A DNA stretch of 58,815 nt from contig OMQO01000001.1 in assembly GCA_900313275.1 (NCBI GenBank), positions 1 to 58,815 on the forward strand. Reading direction: 5' to 3'. The stretch comes from an uncultured Bacteroidales bacterium (GTDB taxonomy: Bacteria > Bacteroidota > Bacteroidia > Bacteroidales > UBA932). The first letter of the stretch is position 1. Each line of letters starts with the position of its first letter. The position numbers were made by a program, and so were the translations under genes. The notes below the pieces were generated by a model that made no database searches, was not told the origin of the DNA, and saw only the letters and a list, made by a program, of their open reading frames with translations. This document shows, piece after piece, positions 8,876-19,474 of this stretch.

Positions 8876-11162
8876 GTTCTTCCGCCGGATTCGTCCGCGC
8901 GGCTTTGAGAGTCTGCCAGAGTACGGCGAGGAATGAGATGACCAATGCGATTACCGCGGCCACGACGAACACCCAGCCGTAGCCTTCGATCCTGTACCAG
9001 AACTGTCTCAGGTATCGCTCGGCGAGGAACACTGCGATCGGCACTCCGATCAAGATGGCCACGCCGACCAAGACAAGGTATTCAGTGACAGCTCTCCGGG
9101 TCTCGGAATTGACCGTCCCGCCGAATACTTTACGGACGGCGATATCCTTGGTCTGCATTCCGGCATAGTAAGCGCTCATAGCGACCAGCCCGAGAAGCGA
9201 GATAATCGTGGCGAGCAGCATAAATAACTCAATGAGGCTTATGAAGTTCCGGGTCTCCTCCATACCTTTCTTGATAAGGTCGGGGATGTACCCATAGTAC
9301 TTTTCGGCATATTCCTCGTCACCGGTTATCCTGAGACTCTCCTGGCGGCCGATTTCCTTTAACTCAGCGCGAACCTCCGGATCGAACCTGTTAAGCTTCA
9401 AAACGCAAGTTGACTGGCCATCCAAGTCGTTTATCGCAACTAGCCCGATTTCGTTTCCAGAGATCTCCGACGCGCTCCTGGTCGCGAAGTCCTTGATTAT
9501 CCCCCCGGTCTCCAGATGACCCCAGATCATACTGAACACATCTGGAGCGGCTTGATTGTCCTCATCGATGTTATAAACCCTCGCCGCCGATTCGGTGAAC
9601 CATAGGGATCCCTTCCTGGGCCTGCCGAAATCCTTGACCTGCTCGAATCCGAACATTTCAAAAGCGGTCTCGTCGCACTCGAGCAGGCGGATGTTGTATT
9701 TCTGGCCATCAACCGTCGTGCTGATTGACATCATGCCTTTGCCGGGGAAACCGTTAGATGTTCCTATCTTGTCAACGTATGGCTTAGAGGCAAGCGCATC
9801 CCTTCCCACGCTTCCGCTTGAGATGTAATACAAGTTGTCCACATTCGCACCCAGAGGCATATTCACGAGGTGGTTGTACTGGAGTTCCATGACAAGGGCC
9901 ATTGCGATCAGGGCGACGGTGATCACATTCTGGATGATGATGAACACCTTGGAGAATAGGCTCTTGGTCTGGCGCCGCTGTTCTCCCTTGATGATGGAGA
10001 CGGGGTCGTGACGGAAGGTCATGGCCGCTGGAACAAGTCCGGAGATGACTCCCACAAGGCAGGTGATCAGGATGTACGCGGCGAGGTACATCGGTGAATA
10101 TGCCACCTCAAGCCCGATGTCTCCAGCCATATACCGGTTGAAAACTGGCTCAAGAGATTTTGCCAAAAGCATTGCCAGAGCCATGCAGGCGGCCACGAAA
10201 ATAATTGATTCTGAGATATATCTCCATAGAATCCGGCCCTTGGACTCGCCAAGGGTCGAGCGGATGGCCATCTCCTTCGCCCTCTTTCCCGCAAGCGCCA
10301 CGCTCAAGTTGATGTAGTTGAAAAGAGCGGAGGCCAGCAGAAGGATTCCGACCGCTATCAACACATATAAGAGGGACTTGTTGCCTTGTTTCAGGACACT
10401 TCCGGACTTGTAGAAGTAAACGTCCCTGAATGGCATAGTCATCGAACGCTCCGGCTTGTTGACCTTATAGAAATCGGCGAATTCCTGCCGTATCAGCGTG
10501 TCAATCAGCGCCCTTGTCTCTTTGTGGTCCGCTCCTTCCCTGAGTTTGATCAAGACTAGGTTCACCGGGAAAACGAACTCCGCCGTGTAAACTTCGTCCG
10601 GTCCTTTGAAGGCACGGTAGATGTCACTCCCTTTAAGGATGGAACGATCTGATTCCTTGAGGATTCCTCCCACCACACAGGTGTCATTCCTGACGATGAT
10701 AGTCTTGCCGACAGGATCCATGTCTGGGGATATCTTGTTAGCGAAAGACTCTCCGAGAATCACCTGGCTCCTGTCTTTCAAGACATCCGCGGACCCGGAA
10801 ATGAATGTCTGCGGGATGAATTCGAATATCTCTGGATCTATCTCATAAAGATCGACCGATCCCTGGACTCTTTGCCCGTTGAAGGTCGCCGAGGTTCCGA
10901 AATCGCTGATCCTTCCTCCGGCCTCCACGTCAGGGACACGGTCCATGACAACCTACAACTCGCCCGGCCATGCGGACAGGTATTCCTGACCGCCGCTGAG
11001 GGCGTAAATCCTCTGGTGGTCAACAGCTTCCCTAGCTGTGGAGAACTGCTGCCAAGTGTAGCAGGCGATAATAACCACGAAGGCCAGGCTCACGATGAGC
11101 CCGGCAGCCTCGATGGCAGTGTACATTTTGTTCCTACTTAAGAACTTCAGGTAACTTCTCAT
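8862..11162 (-). pseudogene. MacB/FtsX-like ABC permease interrupted by an in-frame TAG at 10953-10955
   Basis: MRSYLKFLSRNK... starts at 11162 and reads ...GGC GAG TTG TAG GTT GTC ATG GAC..., in the same frame as ORF 8862-10946. The N- and C-termini match the paralog at 11171-13609. Confidence 0.8.
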
Positions 11163-11170
11163 ATTCGTCT

Positions 11171-13609
11171 CTATTCTTTTTTCAGTTCGGTGGCCGGGTT
11201 GGTCCGGGCGGCCTTGAGGGTCTGCCAGAGGACGGTGCCGAAGGAGATTGCCAGGGAGATGACCACGGCAACCGCGAACACCCATCCGTACCCTTCGACC
11301 CGGTAGGCGAACCGCTCCAGATAGACCCGGGCGGCCCAGATCGCCAGCGGAATGCCTATCAGGCAAGCGACACCCGTCAAGATCATATAACTCTTTACAT
11401 TCCTCCAAGTCTCGCTGTTCACATCTGCCCCGAAAACCTTGCGCACGGCGATCTGCTTGGTATTCTCATCGGCAAAGTAGGTGCTCATTGCCAGAAGCCC
11501 AAGCAGGGATATCAGAACCGCCAGAACAGCAAATAGTTCCACGAGGCGCAAGGTCCTACGCACAGGAGCCAGTTGCTTACGGTTGATGTCTTTGATGAAG
11601 CCATATCGGCCGGCGGGTTCCTCCACTCCGGAGGTCTCCAGACGGAATTCCCGGTAAGCCTGCCTGATCTGGTCATCATAAGATTTGTCTTCACCTGTCG
11701 TTCTGATGAGCAGGCTATTCGCATAATACAGTTCCTCTACTCGTGTCACGATCACACCGCCATTGGGATTGATATCGCTTTCTGACGCTGGATGGGCAGG
11801 AAAGTCAGTCACTATTCCGCCGATGAACTCCGGCTGGGCGCCGTTCATCCGGATTCGCCGCGGGAATACGGTAGATGTGTCTGACACCCCCGCCGCATTG
11901 AAGGCGCTCCGGCTCATCCACAGCGAATGCGTCAGCGGATGTCCGAAATCCTCTTCCACTTCCAGTCCCAGCAGTTTGAAATAGGTGGAGTCGCAAAGTA
12001 TCACGGGCATATCCACGTGGTGTTCTTCGTCCACCTTGACCCCCATAGTCATATTTATGAGTCCCGGAATACCTCGTCCCACGCCTGCTTTTGTCACAAA
12101 GGGAAGCTGTTCCACCTTGTCCTTGAAAAGCTTCATCGCATCATAGTTCTGGGCTGAATACTCAATGTAGTAAAGGTTGTCTGTCGCTGAGTGCGTCGGC
12201 CTGGTGAGCATATGCCGCATCTGAATCTCCATCACCAGGGCCATAGCGATAAGGAAAACCGAAAGGACGTTCTGGACGACAATGAATACCTTGCTCAGTA
12301 TCATTTTGTTCCGGCGGCGGAGAGTGCCTTTGATCACGTCTATTGGCTGGAAGCGTGAGGCCGCGAAAGCCGGGAGCAAACCGTTGATGACACCAAGGAC
12401 CAGTATACCGGCGATGTACGCCAGGATATAAGCCGGCGTCATCATAAATGATAGCCTGACACTGGTGTCACCCATGCCCATCATCAACTCATCAGGGTCG
12501 CTGGTGGAAACAAGGCTATTCACCATGGGAGCCAGTAAATCGGCCAACAGGAGAGCCACCGCGAAACAGACTGCGGTAAAGGCGACAGACTCGGCAATGT
12601 ACTTCCACAGAATGCCGGTTTTGTCGGCCCCCAGGAGACGTCGGGTGGCCATTTCCTTCGCGCGTTTGCCCGTGAGCGCCAGGCTCAGGTTCACATAATT
12701 GAAGATGGCCGACAGAAGGAGCAGCAGCACGACGATGGTCAGCAGGCGCAACAGCTGGATATTTCCCGCGCGGGTGAGGCCGTTGCTGCTCCCGGTGAAG
12801 AAGGCCTCATCCATGCGGTAAACTTTCCAGGAATCCACCTTTTCCTGCCCCCAAGTGGGGTCGTAGTTCTTATGAAGGAGGGCTTTAACCTTGGCCTGCA
12901 CTTCGGCAAGGTCGGCGTCTTCACGAACACTGAACCACGTTGTGTAATATCCGATGCTGTTGAAGGCTTTCCCCTGTTCCGCTGCCCAGGTTGCGGTGAT
13001 ATTCGTGATTATGTCCACGGGCATGAAGAAGGAGCCGTCGAAGTCCGCGAATATGCCCTTGATGGTGCGGTCCGTTTGATCCACCTTGATGACTTGGCCG
13101 ATGAGACCCCCGGTCAAGCCGGGGGTGACGGCAGAGGCCCTGCCGGTTGTGACGGTTGCGTCATTGCCGACCTGATCGGCAATCTTTCGAGCAAAGGATT
13201 CGCTGATCAGGATGTCATCCTTGCCTACAAAATCCTCGAGACTTCCCTCCAGGAGGTGGTATTCCGGGAACACCTTGAAGAAACCGGCGTCGGTCTCGAT
13301 TCCGGACGCTTTGATGGGCTGTTCGCCGCTTTGGATTCTCGGCTGCCAGAGCATCGCCACGTGGGTCACCGTCTCGACTTCCGGAATATTCATTTCCAGC
13401 TCTTCCTTGTCCCAATAGGTCAGGCCAAGAAAGTCGTTATTACCCAGCGTGAAGGTCCGCTTCCAGTCCGGCGACTCGTGAGCCACCTTGTACTGCTGCA
13501 CGACATAGCTGCCGATAAGGATCACAAACGCCAGGCTCACGGCCAGCCCCACAGCCTCTATGACCGTGTATAACTTATTGCGGGAAAGGAACTTCAGGAA
13601 ACTCTTCAT
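11171..13609 (-). CDS. MacB/FtsX-like ABC transporter permease (contains an in-frame palindrome doublet)
   Basis: NYVNLSLA..KRAKEMATRRLLGA, KQIAVRKVFGA and AARTNPATELKKE motifs. Confidence 0.92.
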   Translation of the reverse strand: MKSFLKFLSRNKLYTVIEAVGLAVSLAFVILIGSYVVQQYKVAHESPDWKRTFTLGNNDFLGLTYWDKEELEMNIPEVETVTHVAMLWQPRIQSGEQPIKASGIETDAGFFKVFPEYHLLEGSLEDFVGKDDILISESFARKIADQVGNDATVTTGRASAVTPGLTGGLIGQVIKVDQTDRTIKGIFADFDGSFFMPVDIITNITATWAAEQGKAFNSIGYYTTWFSVREDADLAEVQAKVKALLHKNYDPTWGQEKVDSWKVYRMDEAFFTGSSNGLTRAGNIQLLRLLTIVVLLLLLSAIFNYVNLSLALTGKRAKEMATRRLLGADKTGILWKYIAESVAFTAVCFAVALLLADLLAPMVNSLVSTSDPDELMMGMGDTSVRLSFMMTPAYILAYIAGILVLGVINGLLPAFAASRFQPIDVIKGTLRRRNKMILSKVFIVVQNVLSVFLIAMALVMEIQMRHMLTRPTHSATDNLYYIEYSAQNYDAMKLFKDKVEQLPFVTKAGVGRGIPGLINMTMGVKVDEEHHVDMPVILCDSTYFKLLGLEVEEDFGHPLTHSLWMSRSAFNAAGVSDTSTVFPRRIRMNGAQPEFIGGIVTDFPAHPASESDINPNGGVIVTRVEELYYANSLLIRTTGEDKSYDDQIRQAYREFRLETSGVEEPAGRYGFIKDINRKQLAPVRRTLRLVELFAVLAVLISLLGLLAMSTYFADENTKQIAVRKVFGADVNSETWRNVKSYMILTGVACLIGIPLAIWAARVYLERFAYRVEGYGWVFAVAVVISLAISFGTVLWQTLKAARTNPATELKKE
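13104..13185. repeat. CGTC/GTCA-tagged REP-like doublet (26+30+26 nt) inside the permease CDS
   Basis: Minus-strand unit GTCA-CCCCCGG-CTTGA-CCGGGGG-TCT (13129-13104), a 30-nt spacer, then plus-strand unit GTCA-TTGCCGA-CCTGA-TCGGCAA-TCT (13160-13185). Confidence 0.85.
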
Positions 13610-13612
13610 ATT

Positions 13613-14293
13613 CTAAAGCTCGTTCTTCACGTCGGAGACGATCTGGCCGTCGAAGAGGTCGATGGTCCTCTGGGCGACAGCGGCGTCTTTCTGGGAGTGG
13701 GTCACCATCACGATGGTGGTTCCATCCTGGTTCAGCTCGGTGAGAAGATCCATAACCTCTTTGCCGTTCTTTGAGTCCAGATTACCGGTGGGCTCATCGG
13801 CGAGGATCAACTTCGGACCGGCGACGACGGCGCGGGCGATTGCCACCCTCTGCTGCTGACCTCCGGAGAGTTGCTGCGGGAAATGTTGTGCCCTGTGGCT
13901 GATAGCCATTCGCTTCATAATCTCAGTGACCTTTTGCTTACGCTCAGAGGCGCTGATATTCAAGTAGCGGAGAGGAAGTTCGATGTTCTCATAGACATTC
14001 AGCTCGTCAATCAGGTTGAAGCTCTGGAACACGAAACCGATGTTGCCCTTGCGGAATTTGGTGCGCTCCTTCTCTTTGAGCTGGCCTACCTCGGTGCCGA
14101 GAAGCTCATAGGAGCCGCTGGTGGGATTGTCCAGCAGGCCGAGGATGTTCAGCAGCGGTGACTTGCCGCATCCGGAAGGGCCCATGATGGCGACGAACTC
14201 GCCGTCCTTGATCTCAAATGAAACACCATTGAGGGCAGTGGTCTCGATCTCCTCCGTGCGGAAGATCTTGGAAAGGTTGGTAACTTTAATCAT
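13613..14293 (-). CDS. ABC transporter ATP-binding protein (LolD/MacB type)
   Basis: GPSGCGKS, LSGGQQQRVAIARA, ILADEPTGNLD and VTH motifs. Confidence 0.95.
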   Translation of the reverse strand: MIKVTNLSKIFRTEEIETTALNGVSFEIKDGEFVAIMGPSGCGKSPLLNILGLLDNPTSGSYELLGTEVGQLKEKERTKFRKGNIGFVFQSFNLIDELNVYENIELPLRYLNISASERKQKVTEIMKRMAISHRAQHFPQQLSGGQQQRVAIARAVVAGPKLILADEPTGNLDSKNGKEVMDLLTELNQDGTTIVMVTHSQKDAAVAQRTIDLFDGQIVSDVKNEL

Positions 14294-14344
14294 AACTTTT
14301 TGATTTTTATTTATTTAACTAATTGTATTCTATTGTTTTCTTTA

Positions 14345-16684
14345 TCATTCATTCTTCAAACTATCGACTGGGTTGGCATTCGCCGCGCGCCAACTCTGAA
14401 GGGTGACCACACCGAAGGTGACCGCAGCCACGAAGGCAAGAGCCGCTATGAATATCCACACCGGTACGGGAGCTTGATATGCGAAGCCTTTCCGCCAATT
14501 GGTGATAATCATATATGCCACAGGCGAGGCGATAAGGAAGCTTATCCCCGCCATAATCAAGTATTTCCGATTGATCATCCCGAGGATGCTCTCAACGGTG
14601 GCTCCATTTACACGCCGCACTGCGATCTCCTTACGTAGGAACTGGGTCTCGAAGAACACCAGGCCGATGATTCCGATGATAGCGATGAGCAAGGCCACGA
14701 AGGAAGCGATGGTGATAAGTTTTCCGAGCGACTCTTCCTCTTTGTACATATTCTCGATCCATTCGTCAAGATGGCGGACATTCACCTGGTCCGGCTCCCT
14801 GGTCTGGTCAAACTCGCAGACCGATTTCTTTATGAACTCGGAGACTTCCTTGAAGTCGGCTTCAGGAGCCATCCTCACATACATCACACTGAAATCTCTC
14901 CACTGCGTTTTCCCCCAGACCAGGAGCATCAGCGGCTCCATCGGATGCTGGAGGCTCTTGAAATTGAAGTCCTTGACGATACCGACAATCTCTGTTTTGT
15001 CCACATGGCCGCCAATCTGGCTGCCCACATTGTACTGCGGGAATTTCTGGATAAAGTTCTCGTTGGCAATGAAAACACCGGTCTCACTCTGGTTGTCAGA
15101 GGCCTGAAAATCACGACCTTCCAAGACCTGGAGGCCGAAGAACCTCAGGAAATCATCAGTGACCGGAAGCACCTCGAAGAAGACTTGTTTCCCGTCGTCG
15201 CCCGTGCGGCCCCAGCCCATTTTCTGGTCTGAAACGAGCAGGTTGTCGGCAAAAGTCACAGCCTCAATTGAAGGGTTTTGCAGCAGCTGGGATTCCAACG
15301 CTTCATGCTGACCGCCGGCGTGATAGCCGCACCAGACCTGGAGAACCCTTGCTTGGCTGAAGCCCATGTCCTTGCGGATCATGAACTTGGTTTGGACCGA
15401 CACGTAGAGGGCCATTATTATGAATATGAAAGACAGCACAAACTGGATTGCGACCAGGGCGTTTCTCAAGGCGCGTCCCTTGACGCTTGTCCCGTAGGAG
15501 CCTTTCAGCACTAGTGCGGCAGGTTGCGACGTGGAATACATCGCAGGGGCGATTCCAGCCACAACCGCAGAGACCAATGCCACGCAAAGGGTCAGGGCGA
15601 GTATTCCAGGGATATCCTTAAGTTTCAGGGAATCAGACACGTAGGATGCCCAAGAAGTCCCTGAGACTATGTGAACGGTCAGGCAAGCGACTCCGAATGC
15701 CGCCAGGGCAATCAGTCCGGCGTGGGCGAGTTGACGGCCGATGAGGGACCCTCTACCCTCACCAAGAACCTTCCTGGTGTTGATGTTCTTGATCCGGAAC
15801 GGAATCTCGGCGAACGCGAAGTTGATGAAGTTGATTATGGCAATGAGAATCAGCAGGATGGCGATGGCCGCCAAAGTGATGGTAATGGCTTTGTTGGCGC
15901 TGGAAACATCAGCCTTCACATCCCTTTCAAAGTGAGCCTCGTGGATTTGGGAAATCCTGAATCCGTTGCGCCATTCTGCCTGGGTCTCTTCATCGGACGA
16001 TATGTATTCCTTGAGAGCGGTATATATCGCATCTTCTGTCTCTTTAGCCATAGAAGGATCTTTCAACTTGAAGAAAGAACCGTACGACCATTCGCTAAAT
16101 TCCTCCAGATTATTGTCCCCGATGTTTGCGATAATCCCGCAATGCATACTGTAGTTACGCGGCGTATTCTTGAATACACCGATGATACGGGAGGAGATGT
16201 CGCCGGTATGAAGCGTCTTTCCAATGGCGCTTTCTTCCCCGAATATCATTTTGGCGAAGGTCTCATTCAGAACCGCGTTACCTGGGACGGTGAAGTCCTT
16301 GGCCGAACCTTCCACCCACTCGAAAGGAAATACCGAGAACATTGTGCTGTCCACCAGAACTGCCGGAATCGTTATGGCCGATTCCTTGTCCCCCTCCCTA
16401 TAGAATATCTGCTCCCCTTGGTTTGATATCGTGCCCACGGCTTCGATATTCGGGCTGGCATCACGGGCCGTTTCGATGAACGGCCGGCTGATATGTGTGC
16501 TGAAAAGCCCTTGATCTATCCAGTTGTTCTCCATCCGGAACACCTGCTCGTGCCCCTCGAAGTCCTTGTCGTAAGTGGTGTCCCAGCGCACCTGCACCAT
16601 CAGGATCATCGCCGCCGCAAGAGCGACCCCCATCCCGATGACATTGATCACCGTCGAAACCCCTGTTTTTCTGAATATCTTCAT
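14345..16684 (-). CDS. MacB/FtsX-like ABC transporter permease
   Basis: INFINF, KEIAVRRVNGA and AANANPVDSLKNE motifs. Confidence 0.92.
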   Translation of the reverse strand: MKIFRKTGVSTVINVIGMGVALAAAMILMVQVRWDTTYDKDFEGHEQVFRMENNWIDQGLFSTHISRPFIETARDASPNIEAVGTISNQGEQIFYREGDKESAITIPAVLVDSTMFSVFPFEWVEGSAKDFTVPGNAVLNETFAKMIFGEESAIGKTLHTGDISSRIIGVFKNTPRNYSMHCGIIANIGDNNLEEFSEWSYGSFFKLKDPSMAKETEDAIYTALKEYISSDEETQAEWRNGFRISQIHEAHFERDVKADVSSANKAITITLAAIAILLILIAIINFINFAFAEIPFRIKNINTRKVLGEGRGSLIGRQLAHAGLIALAAFGVACLTVHIVSGTSWASYVSDSLKLKDIPGILALTLCVALVSAVVAGIAPAMYSTSQPAALVLKGSYGTSVKGRALRNALVAIQFVLSFIFIIMALYVSVQTKFMIRKDMGFSQARVLQVWCGYHAGGQHEALESQLLQNPSIEAVTFADNLLVSDQKMGWGRTGDDGKQVFFEVLPVTDDFLRFFGLQVLEGRDFQASDNQSETGVFIANENFIQKFPQYNVGSQIGGHVDKTEIVGIVKDFNFKSLQHPMEPLMLLVWGKTQWRDFSVMYVRMAPEADFKEVSEFIKKSVCEFDQTREPDQVNVRHLDEWIENMYKEEESLGKLITIASFVALLIAIIGIIGLVFFETQFLRKEIAVRRVNGATVESILGMINRKYLIMAGISFLIASPVAYMIITNWRKGFAYQAPVPVWIFIAALAFVAAVTFGVVTLQSWRAANANPVDSLKNE

Positions 16685-16693
16685 TTCGCTCTT

Positions 16694-17950
16694 TTAAAAA
16701 ACCAACACATCGCTGTCACCGTAGGTGTCGTAGCCGGAGGTGATGACCTTCTCACCAGGCTCAAGACCTTCCAGAACCTCGTAATACTGAGGATTTTGGC
16801 GTCCGATACGTATCTCTCTCTTGACGGCCTTGTTGCCATCTTTGTTAACCACATATATCCATTTTCCACCGGTTTTCTGGTAGAAGGTGCCTCGGGGGAT
16901 GATGACCGCCTCCTCGGGCTGCCCGAGCTGGAGGTTCAGGTAATATGTCTGCCCGGCCCTGATGTTGTCCGGCTGCTCGCCTTCAAACTTGAAATCTGCC
17001 TTGAACTTGCCTTCACGCACTTCTGGATAGACCTTGCGGATGCTGGTGGCGTATGTCTCACCCTGGCGCTCGAAGGTGGCCTCCAGGCCCGCGACAACAC
17101 GGTCGATATAATGCTCATCTATCTGAGCCTCAACCTTATAGGTGCCCACGGAGTTGATCTGTCCGATCTTGGCCCCGCTCGCTATTGTCTGTCCGAGGAC
17201 CACATCCAGAAGTCCAAGCTCGCCGTCAATCGGAGCCTTCACGATGAGGTTGCCCTTGCGCTTGCGGATCATCTGCATGTTGAGGAGCATATTCTCAAGG
17301 CTCTCTTCCATCCTGTCCACCTGGGTGCCGCGGTAAAGGCTGTCCTGGCGGGAACGCTCACGGATAAGGTCATATTTCTTGAGCGAGAGCTCATAGTCTT
17401 CCTTCGCCTTGAGGTAGTCCTCACGTGCGATAAGCTTGTCCTCATAGAGGGCTTTCTGCTGCTCGTAGGCCCTTCGGAGCTTCTCCACGTTGGTGCCGTA
17501 CTCAAGCTCATTCTGACGCACGTCGAGCTTCTGCTGCTCCATCTGTATCTGTGTGTTTCTCAGGATGTTCTCCTTCTCGGCAAGCTCAGCCTCGGCGTTC
17601 AGGATCTGCAGGTCCAGGTTGTCGTTGGACAGGATGAGGATCGGGTCCCCAGCCCTGACCTTGGACCCTTCCTCGATCAGGATTGTCTGAACCATTCCGC
17701 ATTCCTGGGGGGACAGCTGGATGGTGGTCATAGGCTGCACCCTTCCGCTGACACGGATGTAGTCGTTGAATTCGCCTCTGACGGCAGAGCTGACGGTGAG
17801 GGTGTCCTTGTCCACCCGCAGGGTCTTATTATTGGGACGGGCGATCAGGTAGATTATGAATATTCCCAAAAGGGCTCCCAGCCACCACGGCACGGCTTTT
17901 TTTGTGAAAGCCACTCTCCAACCTGTTTTCTTCTCGATGATCTTATCCAT
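16694..17950 (-). CDS. Efflux periplasmic adaptor (MFP/HlyD family)
   Basis: N-terminal TM anchor, coiled coil, VKAPIDG and EVLEGLEPGEKVI. Sits between TolC and the permeases. Confidence 0.92.
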   Translation of the reverse strand: MDKIIEKKTGWRVAFTKKAVPWWLGALLGIFIIYLIARPNNKTLRVDKDTLTVSSAVRGEFNDYIRVSGRVQPMTTIQLSPQECGMVQTILIEEGSKVRAGDPILILSNDNLDLQILNAEAELAEKENILRNTQIQMEQQKLDVRQNELEYGTNVEKLRRAYEQQKALYEDKLIAREDYLKAKEDYELSLKKYDLIRERSRQDSLYRGTQVDRMEESLENMLLNMQMIRKRKGNLIVKAPIDGELGLLDVVLGQTIASGAKIGQINSVGTYKVEAQIDEHYIDRVVAGLEATFERQGETYATSIRKVYPEVREGKFKADFKFEGEQPDNIRAGQTYYLNLQLGQPEEAVIIPRGTFYQKTGGKWIYVVNKDGNKAVKREIRIGRQNPQYYEVLEGLEPGEKVITSGYDTYGDSDVLVF

Positions 17951-17961
17951 AATGCTTAATA

Positions 17962-19371
17962 TTATTCTTGGTTAATATATTCAACGCCACCGAAGTACTT
18001 CACGACAGCATCCTTGATGAGATATTTGTAAAGCGAATTCATCTCGTCCGCTTTTGATTTCAGGTAGTTGTTGGTCGCGGTCTGAAGCTCCAGAGGAGAG
18101 ATCAGCCCTTGCTCCATCTTCTTGAGATTGAGGTTGTAAGCCTCTTCCTGGACTTCTGACTTATAGCGGGCCTGGTCGTATGCGGCCTCGCTGCCATCAC
18201 GGTCCTGGATGGCCCTTCTGACCTCGCTTTCAACGTCACGACGCTTCTGGTCATATTCCGCCGTGGCCTTAGTCAACGCATTGCGCTGCTTTGCGATCCT
18301 AGACCGTTTCTGCATCTTGCCCCAGATCGGAATCGACATCGACACCTCGACGTATTCTCCGCCGTTGTTCTTGAACTGGTCGCGGAAAGGATTGGTCTGG
18401 GCGCCCTGGTAGGTGTAATATGTGGTGCTCCATCCGGCGTATAATCCCAGAGTCGGGAGAAGTTGCCCTTTGGTGGTGCTGAGCTCCCTTTTGGCGTTGA
18501 GCATCGTTCCCTCAGCGATTTTTATCTGTGGATTGTTCTCCAGGGCAAAGGCGATGATGTCAGTTACTGAGGGATCCCCGGTCAAGCCGGGGATGACGTT
18601 TTCATTCAGAGCCCGGCCGACACCTCTGTCATGCCCGGCCTGACCGGGCATCTCCGTATCCACCACCAGTTCCTCCTCCGGCGGCCAGAACATCAGGTCG
18701 CCGAGAGTCATAAGCTGATCTTTATAAGAGTTCCTCACATTGGTCAGGTCATATTTTCTGTCGGCCAGGTCAGCCTCCATCTGAACCACATCAGCATGGC
18801 CTTTCTGACCGAGTTCCTCTTGCCTCATAGCCTTTTTGAGCGCCAACTCGGCGGCTCCGACTTGCTCCTCGTAGATGTCAGCCAAACGCTTGTAATACAC
18901 CACGTTGTAATATGCCTCCATAACTGCCAGACAGATGTCAGCCTCAACTTGTTTCTCTTGAGACTCGCTGATGGCGAGTCCGGTCTTCGATATTTTGAGA
19001 TTGTTCACGGCCTGGAATCCGTTGAAGAGATCGAAGCCGGCGCTGACGCTATAGCTGTTGTGAAATGAGGTTTGGGTGAAATAGGTGTTGGTCTGCGGGT
19101 CGATCGAACGTCCGAAATTGTAGTAGGCGTAGGTGCTTCCGCTAAGGTTCGGGGTGAACGCTTGGAGGATGGCATCTCTGCGAGCTATCCGGGCATCGCC
19201 GGAAGCAGCTTGCTGTATGCGGGTCTTAGTGGAGTTCGAAATAGCATACTCCATACAGTCCTTAAGGCTCATCACTTTTGAAGACTCCTGGGCCCAGGAG
19301 TTTTCCACGGGCCCGAGAGTCATCACTACATACACACAAATAAAAGCTATAAAAAGGTTTTGTCTTCTCAT
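17962..19371 (-). CDS. TolC family outer membrane efflux protein (contains an in-frame palindrome doublet)
   Basis: Signal peptide, MSLKDCMEYAISN, FDLFNGF and duplicated OEP halves. First gene of the operon. Confidence 0.9.
   Translation of the reverse strand: MRRQNLFIAFICVYVVMTLGPVENSWAQESSKVMSLKDCMEYAISNSTKTRIQQAASGDARIARRDAILQAFTPNLSGSTYAYYNFGRSIDPQTNTYFTQTSFHNSYSVSAGFDLFNGFQAVNNLKISKTGLAISESQEKQVEADICLAVMEAYYNVVYYKRLADIYEEQVGAAELALKKAMRQEELGQKGHADVVQMEADLADRKYDLTNVRNSYKDQLMTLGDLMFWPPEEELVVDTEMPGQAGHDRGVGRALNENVIPGLTGDPSVTDIIAFALENNPQIKIAEGTMLNAKRELSTTKGQLLPTLGLYAGWSTTYYTYQGAQTNPFRDQFKNNGGEYVEVSMSIPIWGKMQKRSRIAKQRNALTKATAEYDQKRRDVESEVRRAIQDRDGSEAAYDQARYKSEVQEEAYNLNLKKMEQGLISPLELQTATNNYLKSKADEMNSLYKYLIKDAVVKYFGGVEYINQE
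18572..18653. repeat. CGTC/GTCA-tagged REP-like doublet (26+30+26 nt) inside the TolC CDS
   Basis: Minus-strand unit GTCA-TCCCCGG-CTTGA-CCGGGGA-TCC (18597-18572), a 30-nt spacer, then plus-strand unit GTCA-TGCCCGG-CCTGA-CCGGGCA-TCT (18628-18653). Confidence 0.85.
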
Positions 19372-19407
19372 TGCGATCTTTCTTTTACACTTTCGCTGAT
19401 TTTCCGA

Positions 19408-19422
19408 ACATTTACCGTGCCA
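19408..19422 (-). promoter_or_regulatory. Candidate sigma54 (-24/-12) promoter of the efflux operon
   Basis: TGGCACG-gtaa-ATGT on the minus strand, 37 nt upstream of the tolC ATG. The -24 box is perfect; the -12 box deviates from TTGC. Confidence 0.6.
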
Positions 19423-19441
19423 TTTTGCTTAACTATCAGAT

Positions 19442-19454
19442 AATCAATAATTTA
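19442..19454 (+). promoter_or_regulatory. IHF-like bending site
   Basis: AATCAATAATTTA matches WATCAANNNNTTR and lies between the sigma54 box and the upstream dyads. Confidence 0.45.
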
Positions 19455-19474
19455 TACCAAAAATGTAAAGTGTA

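Noticed and set aside
10953-10955. Genome-wide TAG recoding
   Set aside because: TAG ends several intact genes at their expected C-termini (11171, 13613, 26947, 31317).
8862-16684. Similar termini of the three permeases as a novel repeat system
   Set aside because: Tandem MacB/FtsX paralogs are ordinary in Bacteroidetes export operons.
16493-17959. Long antisense ORFs (this one, 25700-27067, 45492-46643, 42696-43547 and others)
   Set aside because: They are shadows of codon-biased genes on the opposite strand and have no recognisable motifs.
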